From the NCBI RefSeq assembly GCF_006345805.1, contig NC_043020.1, positions 18,972,001 to 19,036,000 on the forward strand: a stretch of 64,000 nt of DNA, in the 5' to 3' direction. Source of the DNA: Octopus sinensis. Taxonomy: Eukaryota. Below the pieces are notes generated by a model that saw only the letters and a list, made by a program, of their open reading frames with translations, was not told the DNA's origin and searched no databases. Both the position numbers and the translations under genes were made by a program. Shown in pieces: positions 52,060 through 64,000 of this stretch. Position 1 is the first letter of the stretch. Every line of letters starts with the position of its first letter.

Positions 52060-52060
<1 letters not shown>
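51449..52060. mobile_element. Palindromic Penelope-like non-autonomous element in (TA)n with two hammerheads
   Basis: Inverted arms 51449-51679 and 51681-51910 with 5 differences, 1-nt spacer, plus unique 150-bp tail. Confidence 0.8.
51764..51854 (+). ncRNA. Type I hammerhead with intact core (mirror copy on minus strand 51505-51595)
   Basis: UUUCUUC-CUGAAGA-GAAAGACACAA..33 nt..UUGUGCCUUUC-GAAA-CACGUG-UA-GAAUGAAA. Confidence 0.75.
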
Positions 52061-52107
<47 letters not shown>

Positions 52108-52111
52108 TAGA

Positions 52112-52158
<47 letters not shown>

Positions 52159-52426
52159 TACGTATGCGTGTGTATGTGTGTGTATATGTATAGTATTATT
52201 GAGTGAATTGAAAGAATATTTCTTCAGCCTGACCATTTTCTCTATGGAATGAAGCACACACACATGCACATTCGCGCGCACACACATTCACACACGCGCG
52301 CGCGAACTTGCTTGCAGGTGTGCGAGCTCGGACGTACGCACACACACACACACCACACACACACACACATACACACACATACACACACATACACACACAT
52401 ACACACACACACACACATACTTGCAG

Positions 52427-52533
52427 CCCAAACACACATCTCTACTTTCACCAAGAATCTGTTAATGGTTTTGTCCGAAATGTCAGCGTTCACACTAATG
52501 CTACAGCAGAATATATAATCATATCGAAGAAAG
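52427..52533 (+). CDS. Candidate 107-nt exon (PNTHLYFHQESVNGFVRNVSVHTNATAEYIIISKK)
   Basis: Unique island between CA and TG tracts; acceptor tacttgcag, donor AAG|GTTCGT; open frame with two NxS/T sequons. Confidence 0.35.
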
Positions 52534-52789
52534 GTTCGTGTGTGTGTGTGTGTGTGTGTGTGTGGTGGGGTGGTGGTGGTTAGGAAGGGGTGGTGTGTGT
52601 TGGAGAATAAAGAAAAAACAAACAAAAACCAACAACTACGCAAATAGCAACAACAACCACAACAACGACAATAATGACGACGACGACGATGATGATGATG
52701 ATGATGATGATGATGAAGATGATGATGGTCATGATGATGATGATGATGAAGATGATGATGATGATGATGATGATGATCATGATGATGAT

Positions 52790-52823
<34 letters not shown>

Positions 52824-52902
52824 ATGCTTGCTGCTGATGGTAATAATAACTATAACAACAATCACAACAACAACAACACAACAACGACGACAACGACGAC
52901 GT

Positions 52903-52933
<31 letters not shown>

Positions 52934-53015
52934 AACCCAATCTTTCCTCATGGTCTTTATAAGGTTTATTACACCCTTACACTCAAATTTCTTTTAATAA
53001 TTCTCTCTCACTTCC

Positions 53016-53082
<67 letters not shown>

Positions 53083-53305
53083 ATTAATTTATTTATTTAT
53101 TTTATTTTGCTTTTTTTTGTCGTTCTTTCTGTAAGTCAAAATGCCAAAAGAACTGCAGAACATGTAATAATAGAGCAGAAAACCTGATCTCCTTCTCGGT
53201 ACCTTCCGCTGCAAGGTTTCTAATGCACAATGCACATTTATTATTAGTTGTTGGGCGAACAGTAATTACGAAAGATACACGAAGCCCCTGTGGCTAATAA
53301 AAGAA

Positions 53306-53386
<81 letters not shown>

Positions 53387-53403
53387 GTTATTATTATTAT
53401 TAT

Positions 53404-56400
53404 TCAGTAGTTTTATTTTTATAGCGTGCTTTCACTTCACTACCGAGCGTAGCTCTGTGTGCCTTAGGTATGTTCTGTGATTTGTTGTGATGCTCTGATG
53501 GTTACTATATTGAAAGTGTTCTATGTAGGATGTGTGCAGTGCCCAGTAGTGCAATTTTCTGTATGTTATATGTGTTTGTAAGTCCTGGTGTTTTTGTTAT
53601 GTATTTGTCTGAATATTTTTTTATCATGCCTAATGCACCTACTATGATAGGAATTGTTTCTGTTTTTAGATTCCACATTCTGGTTACCTCTATTTCCAGG
53701 TCTTTGTATTTTGAAAGTTTCTCCATTTCTTTTAGAGAAACGTTGTCATCTGCCAGTATTGATACATCAATTAGAAAGCATTTTTTTTTCATGATCTCTG
53801 ACAACTATATCTGGTCTGTTGACCTTAATTTCTCTATCTGTGTGTATCGGCATATCCCAGAGTATGGTTGCTTTCTCGTTTTCTGTGACCTCTTCTGGTG
53901 TGTGCCTATACCATCTTTTTTCTGTTGTTATTCCATAATGTTGGCATAGCTTCCAGTGTATGTAGGTTCCAACTCTGTCATATCTGTGAATATATTCCTT
54001 CTTAGCCAGTACTGGGCAGCCAGAGATAATATGATTTATTGTTTCTTGTCCATCTCCATATATTATGCAGTTACTTGTTATATTTCTTTTCATTACATAT
54101 TTTTGGTAATTTCTGGTGGGGAGGCTTTGGTCTTGTGCTGCAATTAAAAATTCCTCTGTCTCTGCTTTGAGTCCTGAGCTTCTCAACCATTGCTGGGTTT
54201 TTTCTTTGTCTATTTCTTTTGCGTTTAGTTTAGTCCAGTGTTTACCATGAAGGGGCTTTTCTTGCCATCGTTTTATCATTGTTCGTTGCTGTTCTATTTT
54301 TAGTTTGGATTTCATTTGTTTTATAGCGTTTGTTGCTTCTTCTTCTTCTTCTTCTTCTTCTTCTTCTCTTCTTCTTCTTCTTCTTCTTCTTCTTCTTCTT
54401 CTTCTTCTTCTTCTTCTTCTTCTTCTTCTTCTTCTTCTTCTTCTTCTTCTTCTTCTTCTTCTTCTTCTTCTTCTTCTCTTCTTCTTCTTCTTCTTCTTCT
54501 TCTTCTTCTTCTTCATATTTATTAGGTGGTATGATTTCTTGTTTTATTTGTCAGCTTCCTTAAATACTGAGAACAGTTTTTTGTTTTGCTCGTGTTTTGC
54601 CGCTATTTGTATCAGTTTTCCTTCCTTCTGAAGTAGATATTTTTGCAGTCCTATGGTGGTTATTTTATAGTAGTTTTCCAGCTGTATAAGGCCTCTACCA
54701 CCTTCTATACGTTGTATATATAGTCTTTCTATGTCAGATTTTGAGTGATGCATCCTAGATCCTGTCATTATTTTTCTTGTTTTCCTATCTATTTTGGTCA
54801 GTTCATTTAGTGTCCAGTTAAGGATATTGTAGCTGTAACTTATAACTGGGACAGCTAAAGTGTTAATACCTATTATCTTGTTTTTAGCATTGAGCTTTGT
54901 TTTTAGTATTGATCCAACTCGTCTATAATATTCTTTTTTTATTTTCTCTTTCATTTGTGTGTGTTGTGTCTTATCTAGTTCATGGATTCCTAAGTATTTG
55001 TAAGTTTGGCTTTGGTCTAATTCTTTTATTTCATTGGTTTTATCTAGTGTGATGTTGCTACTCTTAACTAGTTTTCCTCTTTTCATGGTTACTTTGGCGC
55101 ATTTTTCTAATCCAAATTTCATATCTATTTCTTTGGTAAATCCATGAACTGTCTTTAATAGTGTTTCCAGCTGTTTGTCATTTGCAGCGTATAGTTTTAG
55201 GTCATCCATATATAAGGTGGCTGATCGTTTTGCCGTAACATTTATATCCGCATCCAGTTCTATTTAGCATATCAGATAGAGGTGACAGTGCCAAGCAGAA
55301 AAGGAGTGGAGAGAGCGTGTCTCCCTGGAATATTCCTCTTCTAATGGGGATGGCTTTGGTCTTCATGAGTCCCTCTTTTGTTTGGAGCTGTAGCACTGTT
55401 TGCCATTTATTTATAGAATGCCCTATAAATATTATAATTGCTGGTGCTACTTTGTTAATGGCTAGTGTTTCGAGGATCCGTGTGTGGGGATGCTATCAAA
55501 CGCCTTTTTGTAGTCGATCCTTCTTCTTTCTGTGGCTGTCTTCAATTATGGCTTTATTAATCATTAGTTGATCTTTACAGCCATATGAGCCTTTGCGGCA
55601 TCCTTTCTGCTCTTCTGGAAACAGGTTGTTTTCGTCCAGGTGCTTGTTCAACCTTTGCGATATCACTGCAGTAAATGCCTTGTACATTGTAGGGAGACAG
55701 GTTATTGGTCTGTAGTTTTCTGGTTTTGCTGTCTCATTTGATTTGGGAATTAAGATGGTTTTCCCCTTCGTGAGCCATTCAGGCATTGTCTCTGGCTCTG
55801 CTAGTATGTTGTTTAAGTTTTCAGCCAGCTTTTTGTGCATTCCTGTTAGATATTTCAACCAGAAGTTGGGGATCTTGTCATGCCCAGGTGCCTTCCAGTT
55901 GCTTGGGTGACCTCTTCAGTTGTTATGGAGGTCCAAAGTTGCTCAGATGCTGAGTTTGTTATTTTGATACTCCTTTATTTTGGTTGTTCGTTTGCCGACC
56001 ATATTTCTCTCCAGAATTCTTCCACTTCTGCCGTTGGTGCTGCAGTGATTTCTATTTTATTTTTGCCAAGTTCTTGGTAGCACTTTTTGGGGTTAGAGTT
56101 GAACTTTTTGTTTTGTTCAAAGAAGCGCTGGCGTTTCTCGTACCGGCGGATCCTTTGTGCTTTGGCAAGGATATCTTGCTTCAGCTTTTCTTTTATCTCA
56201 GGTAAATCTTTTTCTGTGATGTTATATTTGCGGAGTATTTTTGTTTTCTTTTTGTTGCTCAGTAGCGTTGATTGTCTACTGATTTCATTAAGAATCGACA
56301 GATCTTTTCTCATTTTTTGTATTTTGTTTTGGATGTTATTTATCCACAGGGTTTGTTTGGGTGGTGGTACTCATGTTTGGATGGGTTTGAGTGAGTATCC

Positions 56401-56804
56401 AGCTTCTTTTGTGGCTGCAGTGGCTGCTGCGTATACTAAGTCATTTAGCTTAGTGATATCGCTTTTTGTTTCAGTGGCTATTAGTTCCGTGACGGCTAGG
56501 TTTATGCTGTTTATAATTGGTGTTGTTGTTTCGCCTATTTTGATTTTTGGGAGGTATGGTCGGTGGTCCATTTTGAGCTCTGTGGTTTTCAGTTCTTTGA
56601 CTATTTTACTTTTTATATTATCATAATCATTAGGCTTCCCTTCGTTGTTTCCAGGTTTTAGATTTGTGTCGCTTTCTTTCTTATTTATATGTTTGTTTGC
56701 CGTGTTTTGGCATGCTGTTTGTCGTGTATTATTATGCATCCTTACGGTCTGGGTTTGTTGTTTTTTGTTTATATCGTGTTTGTTGGGAATGTTACGTTTT
56801 TACG

Positions 56805-56807
<3 letters not shown>
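53404..56807 (-). mobile_element. Near full-length R4/Dong-type LINE (single ORF, RT plus CCHC plus RLE), frameshifted, inserted in (TAA)n
   Basis: YRPITCLPTMYK; EEQKGCRKGSYGCKDQL; RGIFQGDTLSPLLF; MDDLKLYA; ETINHIISGC; RPDIVV...FLIDVSILADDNVSLKEMEKLSKY; (TAA)n on both flanks. Confidence 0.95.
54337..54516 (-). repeat. (GAA)n expansion inside the Dong ORF
   Basis: About 60 units between ...IIPPNKY and ATNAIKQ. Confidence 0.95.
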
Positions 56808-56862
<55 letters not shown>

Positions 56863-56897
56863 GTTGTTGTTATTATTATTATTATTATTATTATTAA

Positions 56898-56959
<62 letters not shown>

Positions 56960-57002
56960 CCAGTATTGAGTAGAAAGTATTATAAATAGTTGTAGGAAAG
57001 AC

Positions 57003-57040
<38 letters not shown>

Positions 57041-57066
57041 CCATTATCATCATCATCATTATTATT

Positions 57067-57431
57067 GCCTTTGCACAGCTTCTACTACGGTGTCAGCTGC
57101 CACTGCCAGTGAACTAATGTAACACCTCTTATTTTTCGAGCACCTTCCGGAGTATTCGAGCGGTTCCAAGCAGTGCTGTTTTCTGCAAGTGCTCCACCCT
57201 TATTTGTTCCATGTACTTCTGAAGATTTTTAGTCAGTGTTCCCAGGGTTCCCACAATTATTGGTACCACTACCACCTTTTTCATCGACTACAACTGCTTA
57301 ACCTCGCAAGCTAACCTGTCATGTCTATCAACTTTTCTTTCTTCCTTATCGCACACCTTGTTGTCAGCTGGGCATGCTATATCTATGATCCAGCATAGTT
57401 TGCCTTCTTTCTCAATTAGACTATGTCTGGC
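57067..57431 (-). mobile_element. 5'-truncated R4/Dong-type fragment (RLE domain plus 3' UTR) of a different family
   Basis: KPDIV-IEKEGKLCWIIDIACPADNKV...VPIIVGTLG...LQKTALLGTARILRKVLEK; TAA repeats at both junctions. Confidence 0.88.
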
Positions 57432-57486
<55 letters not shown>

Positions 57487-57494
57487 CATTATTA

Positions 57495-57543
<49 letters not shown>

Positions 57544-57565
57544 GCTATTATTATTATTATTATAA

Positions 57566-57780
57566 AGGTGACAAGCTGGCCGAATCGTTAGCATGTGGGA
57601 CAAAATATCTTGCAGGTTTCATCCGTCTCTACGCTTTGAGTCCGAATTCTGCTAAGGTCGACTTTGTCTTCCATCCTTTCGGGGTCGATAAAATAAGTAC
57701 CAGTTGAGCACTGGGGTAGTTATAATCGACTTACCCACCCCCCTAAAATTGTTGGCTTCGTGCCAAAATTTAAAATTATT
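57566..57780 (+). mobile_element. SINE family B
   Basis: Head and core recognisable. Confidence 0.8.
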
Positions 57781-57931
57781 CTTTTCGTCAATTAGGTCAG
57801 AGTTAAAATGGATGAATTTAGGTCAAGCATTGCTTACTACTATTCAATTGGAGGTTAAAGGTTATGCAACAAATAAGCTAACCCAAATAATGGACTATTC
57901 AAAGAATATGATATTATAAAAGCCTAGTATA

Positions 57932-59400
57932 TGTTGTTGACGAAGAAGCACTTCTGCTCACTTCTATAAATGGTGTATTGTTTAGAAAGCTTTTGTCCTG
58001 ACTACCATTTGACTCGACTTGTTTCTCATCAATAAGAACAACTCTTTTCCGCATGAGACAACAAATTTGGTGACGAGATGAAGACGAAATTATCTAAAGT
58101 TACTAAGCATATGAAGTAAATTATCTAAAAGATAATCAAGGGGGTAGTTTTAACCAGAGATAAAGGGCGAGGGGAAGACAGGGAAACAGAAAAAAGGATG
58201 ACGTGCCCTGCAGAATGGCAGGATTGTGAAGGGGTAGCGGAAGAGCTCAATTGAGCCAACAGAGCTTCTTACATTGATGATGAGCAGAGACACCCAAGAA
58301 GATCAACGGTTAAGATTACCAAGCTCTATCAAGAGGGTAACTGCAACACATCCATAGGGGCAGCATCCATGGTTGTGTGATCAGTTAATGAAAGATTCAC
58401 TATGATTCCCAATTCAAATTCATAATAATGGAATTGGATGGCAACAGAGAGTCGTGGGAATCTGCGAAAGCATCGTGACCGACAATGACAAATTCCAATA
58501 TTTCCAAAAACATTAAGAATAGAATTAAAAAAAAAAGATTTGTTGGATAAGAACTTACAAAAGGATGAAAGCAATTATCAACAGAAGAAAGGAGTCAATG
58601 TATTAATGGCTGCTGCAGAATTAGGGGAAGTTTTGAAACAGCAACAGTCCCAGTTAGAAGCGGCTCAAATACAGCTGAACGAAGTCTTGTTCAAGCAAAT
58701 TGTTCAGTCATCAAGTTCAAGTTAAATCACTGATTCCACACGATTACAAAAAGTATCACGGAGTTCCATTATGATTCTGATGCTGGTATGTTTTCCCTCT
58801 CGTCGTTTAAACGATTCGAAGATATTTTAAAAATCATTTTGCTGGGCCTGCTAAAGATTTTATCAGCCCGCAACCTTCAGTGTCTCCAAGATGACTTCCG
58901 ACGGTCTCCATCTCTCGGAGGAACTGAGGAATCAAAATCATCATTGGTCTATTGCCAGTGCAGTGAATGGCAATATGCTAAGTGGTGTCCCTACAAAAAC
59001 CCACCAACGCTCAGTGTATAAACGTCGTAGACACAAGGAAAACCAGAACCGAGCAAATGGTGATAATTTCGATGCACGCCAAAAATATGTGAAATTATAA
59101 ATGAACGAAAAAGTGATCACTTTACAACTTGATGCAGTGTCAGACTCTACAATTGTATCAACTTATAGCTGGAAGGCAGCTGGTTTATTCAAGTAAAGTC
59201 AACCGCAGCAGCGTCAAGAAATGCGTCAAGAGGCAAGCACCAGATGCTTCGTGAATTCACCTGTGATATAAAAGTTGTTGGTTATCATTGTCGGAACACA
59301 GCCTGTCTATTATCTTGTGAACTGAACCTCTTCAACACTGTCTGAATCGAACGCCTGCAGCTTCGGACATGCTGATTAATCAGCTGTTAACCAAAACCAC
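57932..59400 (+). mobile_element. Ty3/Gypsy remnant: 5' LTR, PBS, gag, protease
   Basis: LTR TGTTG...CAACA 57932-58063; PBS-like tggtgacgag 58068-58077; EFHYDSDAG...FKRFEDI (gag); VITLQLDAVSDSTIVS (aspartic protease); no 3' LTR seen. Confidence 0.8.
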
Positions 59401-60250
59401 TATAATGCCCGTGTTTTAGAATTTAGCCGAGAAAGAACCTATTTATTATAGGCATTGTCTTTGCAGACCCATTTTCTATGATGACTTTTACCGTTGGTTC
59501 AAACATCTACAGTTCAAAGCGTTAGACCTAGTCTGCTATGCAGATCCATGCTTATTGTGTATATATAGTCAAGAGATGCATCTTCTAAAGCTCTAACCGG
59601 GGTTGGAGTCACTGGTGTCGCAATGAAGAGGGCTATAAATTCCATTGCAGAAGCAACAGAGAAGGCCACTCGGTGGCTTTAGATGAAGAGCAGACCGCTT
59701 GTTTGCTGTAACTGGAATGAAAGTTGGAGTTTGTTCAACCCTACCGCAGGGTCAATTAAGCGAGCGTATCTGATGTTGAAAGACCCGACCCCATAGCCAT
59801 AATAAAATGAATAGGGGAGACGAATGAGATTTTATGTGTGCGTGCGTTTGTGGTGGGATGTTTCAAGAATAAATCAGGCGTTGGTAGCAAAAGGGCAGTT
59901 GTAGGAAATTAATTGTTGTTCACCACAAAACCAGAAAATGGGAGTACCATGCAGTAATATAAACTCATGAACTGTGAGATGCACGACGAAGCAGACTGAG
60001 AAATCAAAATGGCAGACGACACAACTAAATCATCTGGTGTTGCTGCATTGGATCTCTTAATGTGGCCACTCTTGTGCGCTACTGGTAGCATGTGACTCAG
60101 TACAACCTGTCATTTGAGCGGGTTATCGGTGCCCAAACAGGTAATCCTACCAAGCTCGCTTGGTGTGGAGAACGATATTTGGACACTCCGTGGGATGAAA
60201 AACAAGGAGTGGAGGAACTCCTGAGAATCAAGAGCTATCTAATAATATGT

Positions 60251-60430
60251 GAAGGCGTGTGGTCTAGTTGTTAGGGTGTCGCACTCATGATTACGCGATC
60301 ATGGTTTCGTTTCCCAGACGGGCTGTACGTTGTGTTCTTGAGCAAAACACTTCATTTCACGGTACTCCAATCCGCTCAGCTGTAAATGGGTAACTCTGCG
60401 ACAAATTGGCGTACAAGGGTGAGATGGGGA
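60251..60430 (+). mobile_element. SINE family D, tRNA head plus CORE-like body
   Basis: ggcgtgtggtctagttgttagg...ggtttcgtttccc; ttgagcaaaacactt...ctgtaaatggg resembles the MIR CORE. Confidence 0.6.
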
Positions 60431-61119
60431 CTCAGGAAACTTATCCAACGCAGGAATCGTGAGCCACGTTTTGTATTCAACAATCTAAAGGATGAATAGT
60501 ACAACCCATATCGTGGTTCCCGAATGGTTGAGATTGAAGGTTTTCTAAAACGATAATCCAGTCTTCAACAAGATTTTCTTACGTGCAGTAAACCATAGAT
60601 TTCACTTATCATGTTCAAGGTGACATCTAGATGAAGCAGCTCCTGTATGGAGTGATGAACTACTTCTGTATATGGTAGAGAGCTTTTGACGAAGGACTGG
60701 TGTTGCGGCGGAAGCGGATACAAGTAAAAAGGATCGAGATTGGATGTGGCAAGATGTGAAGGAATTGTAGGGCACAAAGTTGAACCGATTGCAGTTCCAT
60801 ATATGTGTGTGTGTGTTTATGCGCGCGCGCGCGTGTGTGTGCGTGCGTGCGCGCGTGTGTGCAGATAGGTAGATAGAGAAACAGATAAATGGCTAAGTAG
60901 GTAAGTATGTAGATACGTCGCTAGGTATGTAAATAAGTTGATAGGTAGGCAGAGAGGTTGCTAGGAAGAAAGTAAGAGAATAGGTTGGTAGCTTTGTAGC
61001 TGAGTAAACAGATATCTTAAACCCGTCCACATACTCATGTATGTCTCTTTTGCTCACACATAACTGTACATATAGATGTACATATATGTACATGTACATG
61101 TACACATACATACATATAT

Positions 61120-61470
61120 ATCTTTTATCTTTTTCTTGTTTCAATCATTAGACTGCAGCCATGCTGGGGCACTGCCTTCAAGAAATTTTAGTCGAATGTA
61201 CCGACACATTACTTATCTTTTAAGGCGTGGCACTTACTCCATCGGCCACTGTTGCCGAACCGCTGGGTTACAGGGTCATAAAACACACCAGCTATATATA
61301 TATATTCATGACGGGCTTCTTTCAGTTTCCGTCTACCAAATGCACTCACAAGGCTTTGGTTACCCGAAGCTATAGAAGAAAACACTTGCCCATGATGCCA
61401 CGCAGTGGGTCTGAACTTGGGGCCATGTGGTTGGGAAGTAAACTTCTTACCACACAGCCACGACTACGCA
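61120..61470 (-). mobile_element. SINE family A, diverged
   Basis: Reverse-oriented tail and head. Confidence 0.8.
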
Positions 61471-61490
61471 TATTCAAAGATATATACGTA

Positions 61491-62148
61491 CGAAGGGGTA
61501 CCCAAAAGAAACCAGAATTCTGCAATATTATTTTATTCACTCAGTTTTACATGTTTACACTTTTTATCGCCTTCAACGTATTCTCCGTTTGAGGCAATGC
61601 AGCGGTCCAGACGCTTTTTCCACTGTTTCAAATCAGCCTTGAAACTCTTGCGAAGCGATGCCTTTTAACGCCTCCGTCGTATTTTTCTTCACCTCTTCCA
61701 CATCTACAAATTCCGTGACACCAGCTTTCGTCACCAGTGATGACCTTCGAATAAAGGCTCGGATCAACTCTAAGCGTTCTTTCCTTTCACGACATGCATT
61801 CAGTCGTGACTTCTTTGGGTCTTCCCCGAGCAAGCGAGGCACAAGTTATGCTGCGACTCTTTTAATTCGCAATTCCTCGCTCAAAATTCGTTATAAGCTG
61901 TTTGAGAGATGGCAACTGTTTCAGTCGCCATTTTCCCCGGCAGAAAACAGAATTTCACTGAAGCACGCTGTTCCTTCGTTTCAGCCACCGCAAAACAAAG
62001 ACACACCACGTGGCAGTGCGACTTCGCTGGACGCCGCCGGTCAGCATACTAATACCTGAGGGTCGCATCAAGTGACTTCTAGCGCAGAAGCCTGAACTAA
62101 AATTTGTCCCACTGAGAACGTTTTCGTTTACTTTTGGATACCTCTTCG
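61491..62148 (-). mobile_element. Internally deleted mariner transposon
   Basis: TIRs cgaaggggtacccaaaag / cttttggatacctcttcg with TA flanks; KEQRASVKFCF, VPRLL, DVEEVKKNTTEALKG, QWKKRLDRCIASNGEYVEGD; catalytic region missing. Confidence 0.92.
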
Positions 62149-62970
62149 TATGTCAATAAAATTAATTCATTGTAGGATTCCTGTGAATCAAGGTATTCTA
62201 ACATTCAGGACACCAACCAAGGATCGCGTTCAGCGCATGCGTGCATATATCACATGCAAATACAGTCGTACACACCCGTACGAGTACGGACATATTCATA
62301 CACTTACATCCGCATGTACGTGCACACAGAAATATACACACATATATAAATATACTTATACATGTAAGTATATACCCATGTACACAGGCATGCAGGTTCA
62401 CGACCCAATGCAAGTTCCAGATCCGACATAGGGAAGCTTCTAGGTATGGTGCTTGCATAAAATAAGTATACAAATGGATTAAAGATTCACTACAGCTGTT
62501 TCAGACGCATTTTATTTTTATTGCTGAATAATTTGATTGCATCATGAAGGGAGCCTTTTTAGCTTCTCTTCCCTTTCATCCTTTTTTCTGTTTCCCTGTC
62601 TTCTCCTCGCCCTTTATCTCTGGTTATCTACCTAATCCCTTTTAAAGAAATAAATTAGTTGTGACATTGTCGGATGATTGTTTTATCATCCATTGACCTC
62701 TGACATCTTAGCCGGTTAAATCTATCAAACCCTTGGTGTATTTTCACTCTCTTCCATGATGTCAAAATAGGAAGGTGATTTCACATTCCACATCTTGTGG
62801 TATTTTTTCTTTGAACCAAAGTTAAAATTTTTACTTCATCTGAAGAAAACAGTTTTTTCATGATACATTCGAATTATTCATCAGTAATAAACGTGTCAGA
62901 AACCTTTAACCCACTATCCCATTTGTATTCGTATTTTACAATATATATATGTAAATAAATAAATAAATAA

Positions 62971-63054
<84 letters not shown>

Positions 63055-63205
63055 AACGGCGGTGGTGCTCCAACAAGGTCGCAGCTATCGAGCTGAAAGT
63101 AGTTAAATAGTTAAAGAGTATATATATATATTTATAAGTTTATATTTATGCACACAAACGCGTATATATATATATGCATACATACATATATATATAATTA
63201 TTATA

Positions 63206-63793
63206 ATTATTTTATTATTATTAACTATATATATATATATATAAACTAGAAATATTGAATTTCTAAAACTCTCAGAGAGACATGCGGGGTGGTGGAGCGA
63301 TATAGTAGTTGTATACTGTCAACTCAATGTGACAGTCCCGTAAGGGAATTACACCACCGCCATTTAGCCCTAGGAAACATCGACGTTTCCTATCGGCTTT
63401 GACACATTTTCTGTCTCCTTATATTAGCAAAGGGGAAGCAATCACCCCCGCCAGCTGGGACTAGCACCTGAAGACATATGTTTCTGAGTGTATAGCTCGT
63501 CATCAGTCAAGGGTAGTAAGTCTCGCTCGCTGAGATGACTAGTCCCAGCTAGCGGGGGTGATTGCCTTCCCTTTGCAAATATAAGGACACAGAAAATGTG
63601 TCAAAGCCGACGGGAAACGTCGATGTTTCCTAGGGCTAAATGGCGGTGGTGTAATTCCCTTACGGCACTGTCACGTTGAGTTGAAGGTATACAACCACTA
63701 TATCGCTCCACCACCGCTCATGTCTCTCTGAGACATTTAGGAATTCAATATTACTAATTTAAATATATATATATATATAGTTAATAATAATAA

Positions 63794-63804
<11 letters not shown>
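63206..63804. mobile_element. Long foldback element with a hammerhead motif in its 74-nt spacer
   Basis: Inverted arms about 63206-63464 and 63539-63804, including the (TA)n and ttaac flanks. Confidence 0.85.
63467..63512 (-). ncRNA. Minimal type I hammerhead, intact CUGAUGA/GAAA/GUC
   Basis: CCUUGA-CUGAUGA-CGAG cuauaca CUCA-GAAA-CAUAUG-UC-UUCAGG. Confidence 0.7.
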
Positions 63805-63850
<46 letters not shown>

Positions 63851-64000
63851 TATATATATAGTAATACTAAGTAATTAAGGGTTCAGCAACGATTTGCCTC
63901 ACCACACACCGAATTTAGAAATAGCAGTCAAAAAGTTTTGGCTATTCTTTCTACTTAGAAGAGAGATCCCAGTAAAACCAAAGCACTTAAAAAACAAACG

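Noticed and set aside
60040-60100. GSLNVATL, resembling an RTE endonuclease start
   Set aside because: Eight residues only, with no downstream APE motifs
60565-60777. Minus-strand ORF ending at a GTAAGA donor
   Set aside because: No acceptor found and no recognisable protein; left unannotated

Overview
AT-rich, repeat-saturated eukaryotic DNA. The SINE families and microsatellite load point to a coleoid cephalopod, probably Octopus (inference). There is a 100-N gap at 41163-41262. No host gene could be identified with confidence; only a few short candidate exons with good splice signals. Almost all long ORFs in the track are microsatellite translations. Recognisable elements: many copies of at least four tRNA-derived SINE families; three R4/Dong-type (RLE) LINE copies, two of them in one (TAA)n tract; two Naiad-like Penelope (GIY-YIG) remnants; L1/Tx1 fragments; a Gypsy 5' LTR-gag-protease remnant; an internally deleted mariner; MITEs. 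The most interesting layer is a set of small non-coding elements, most next to simple repeats, that carry hammerhead-ribozyme (HHR) motifs. These include an LTR-like 1-kb element whose repeats hold a four-helix RNA with HHR core sequences in a non-canonical strand order (supported by compensatory changes across three divergent versions), foldback elements with an HHR at the apex, and a near-perfect palindrome with two outward-facing HHRs. All RNA structures were folded by eye and none is tested.
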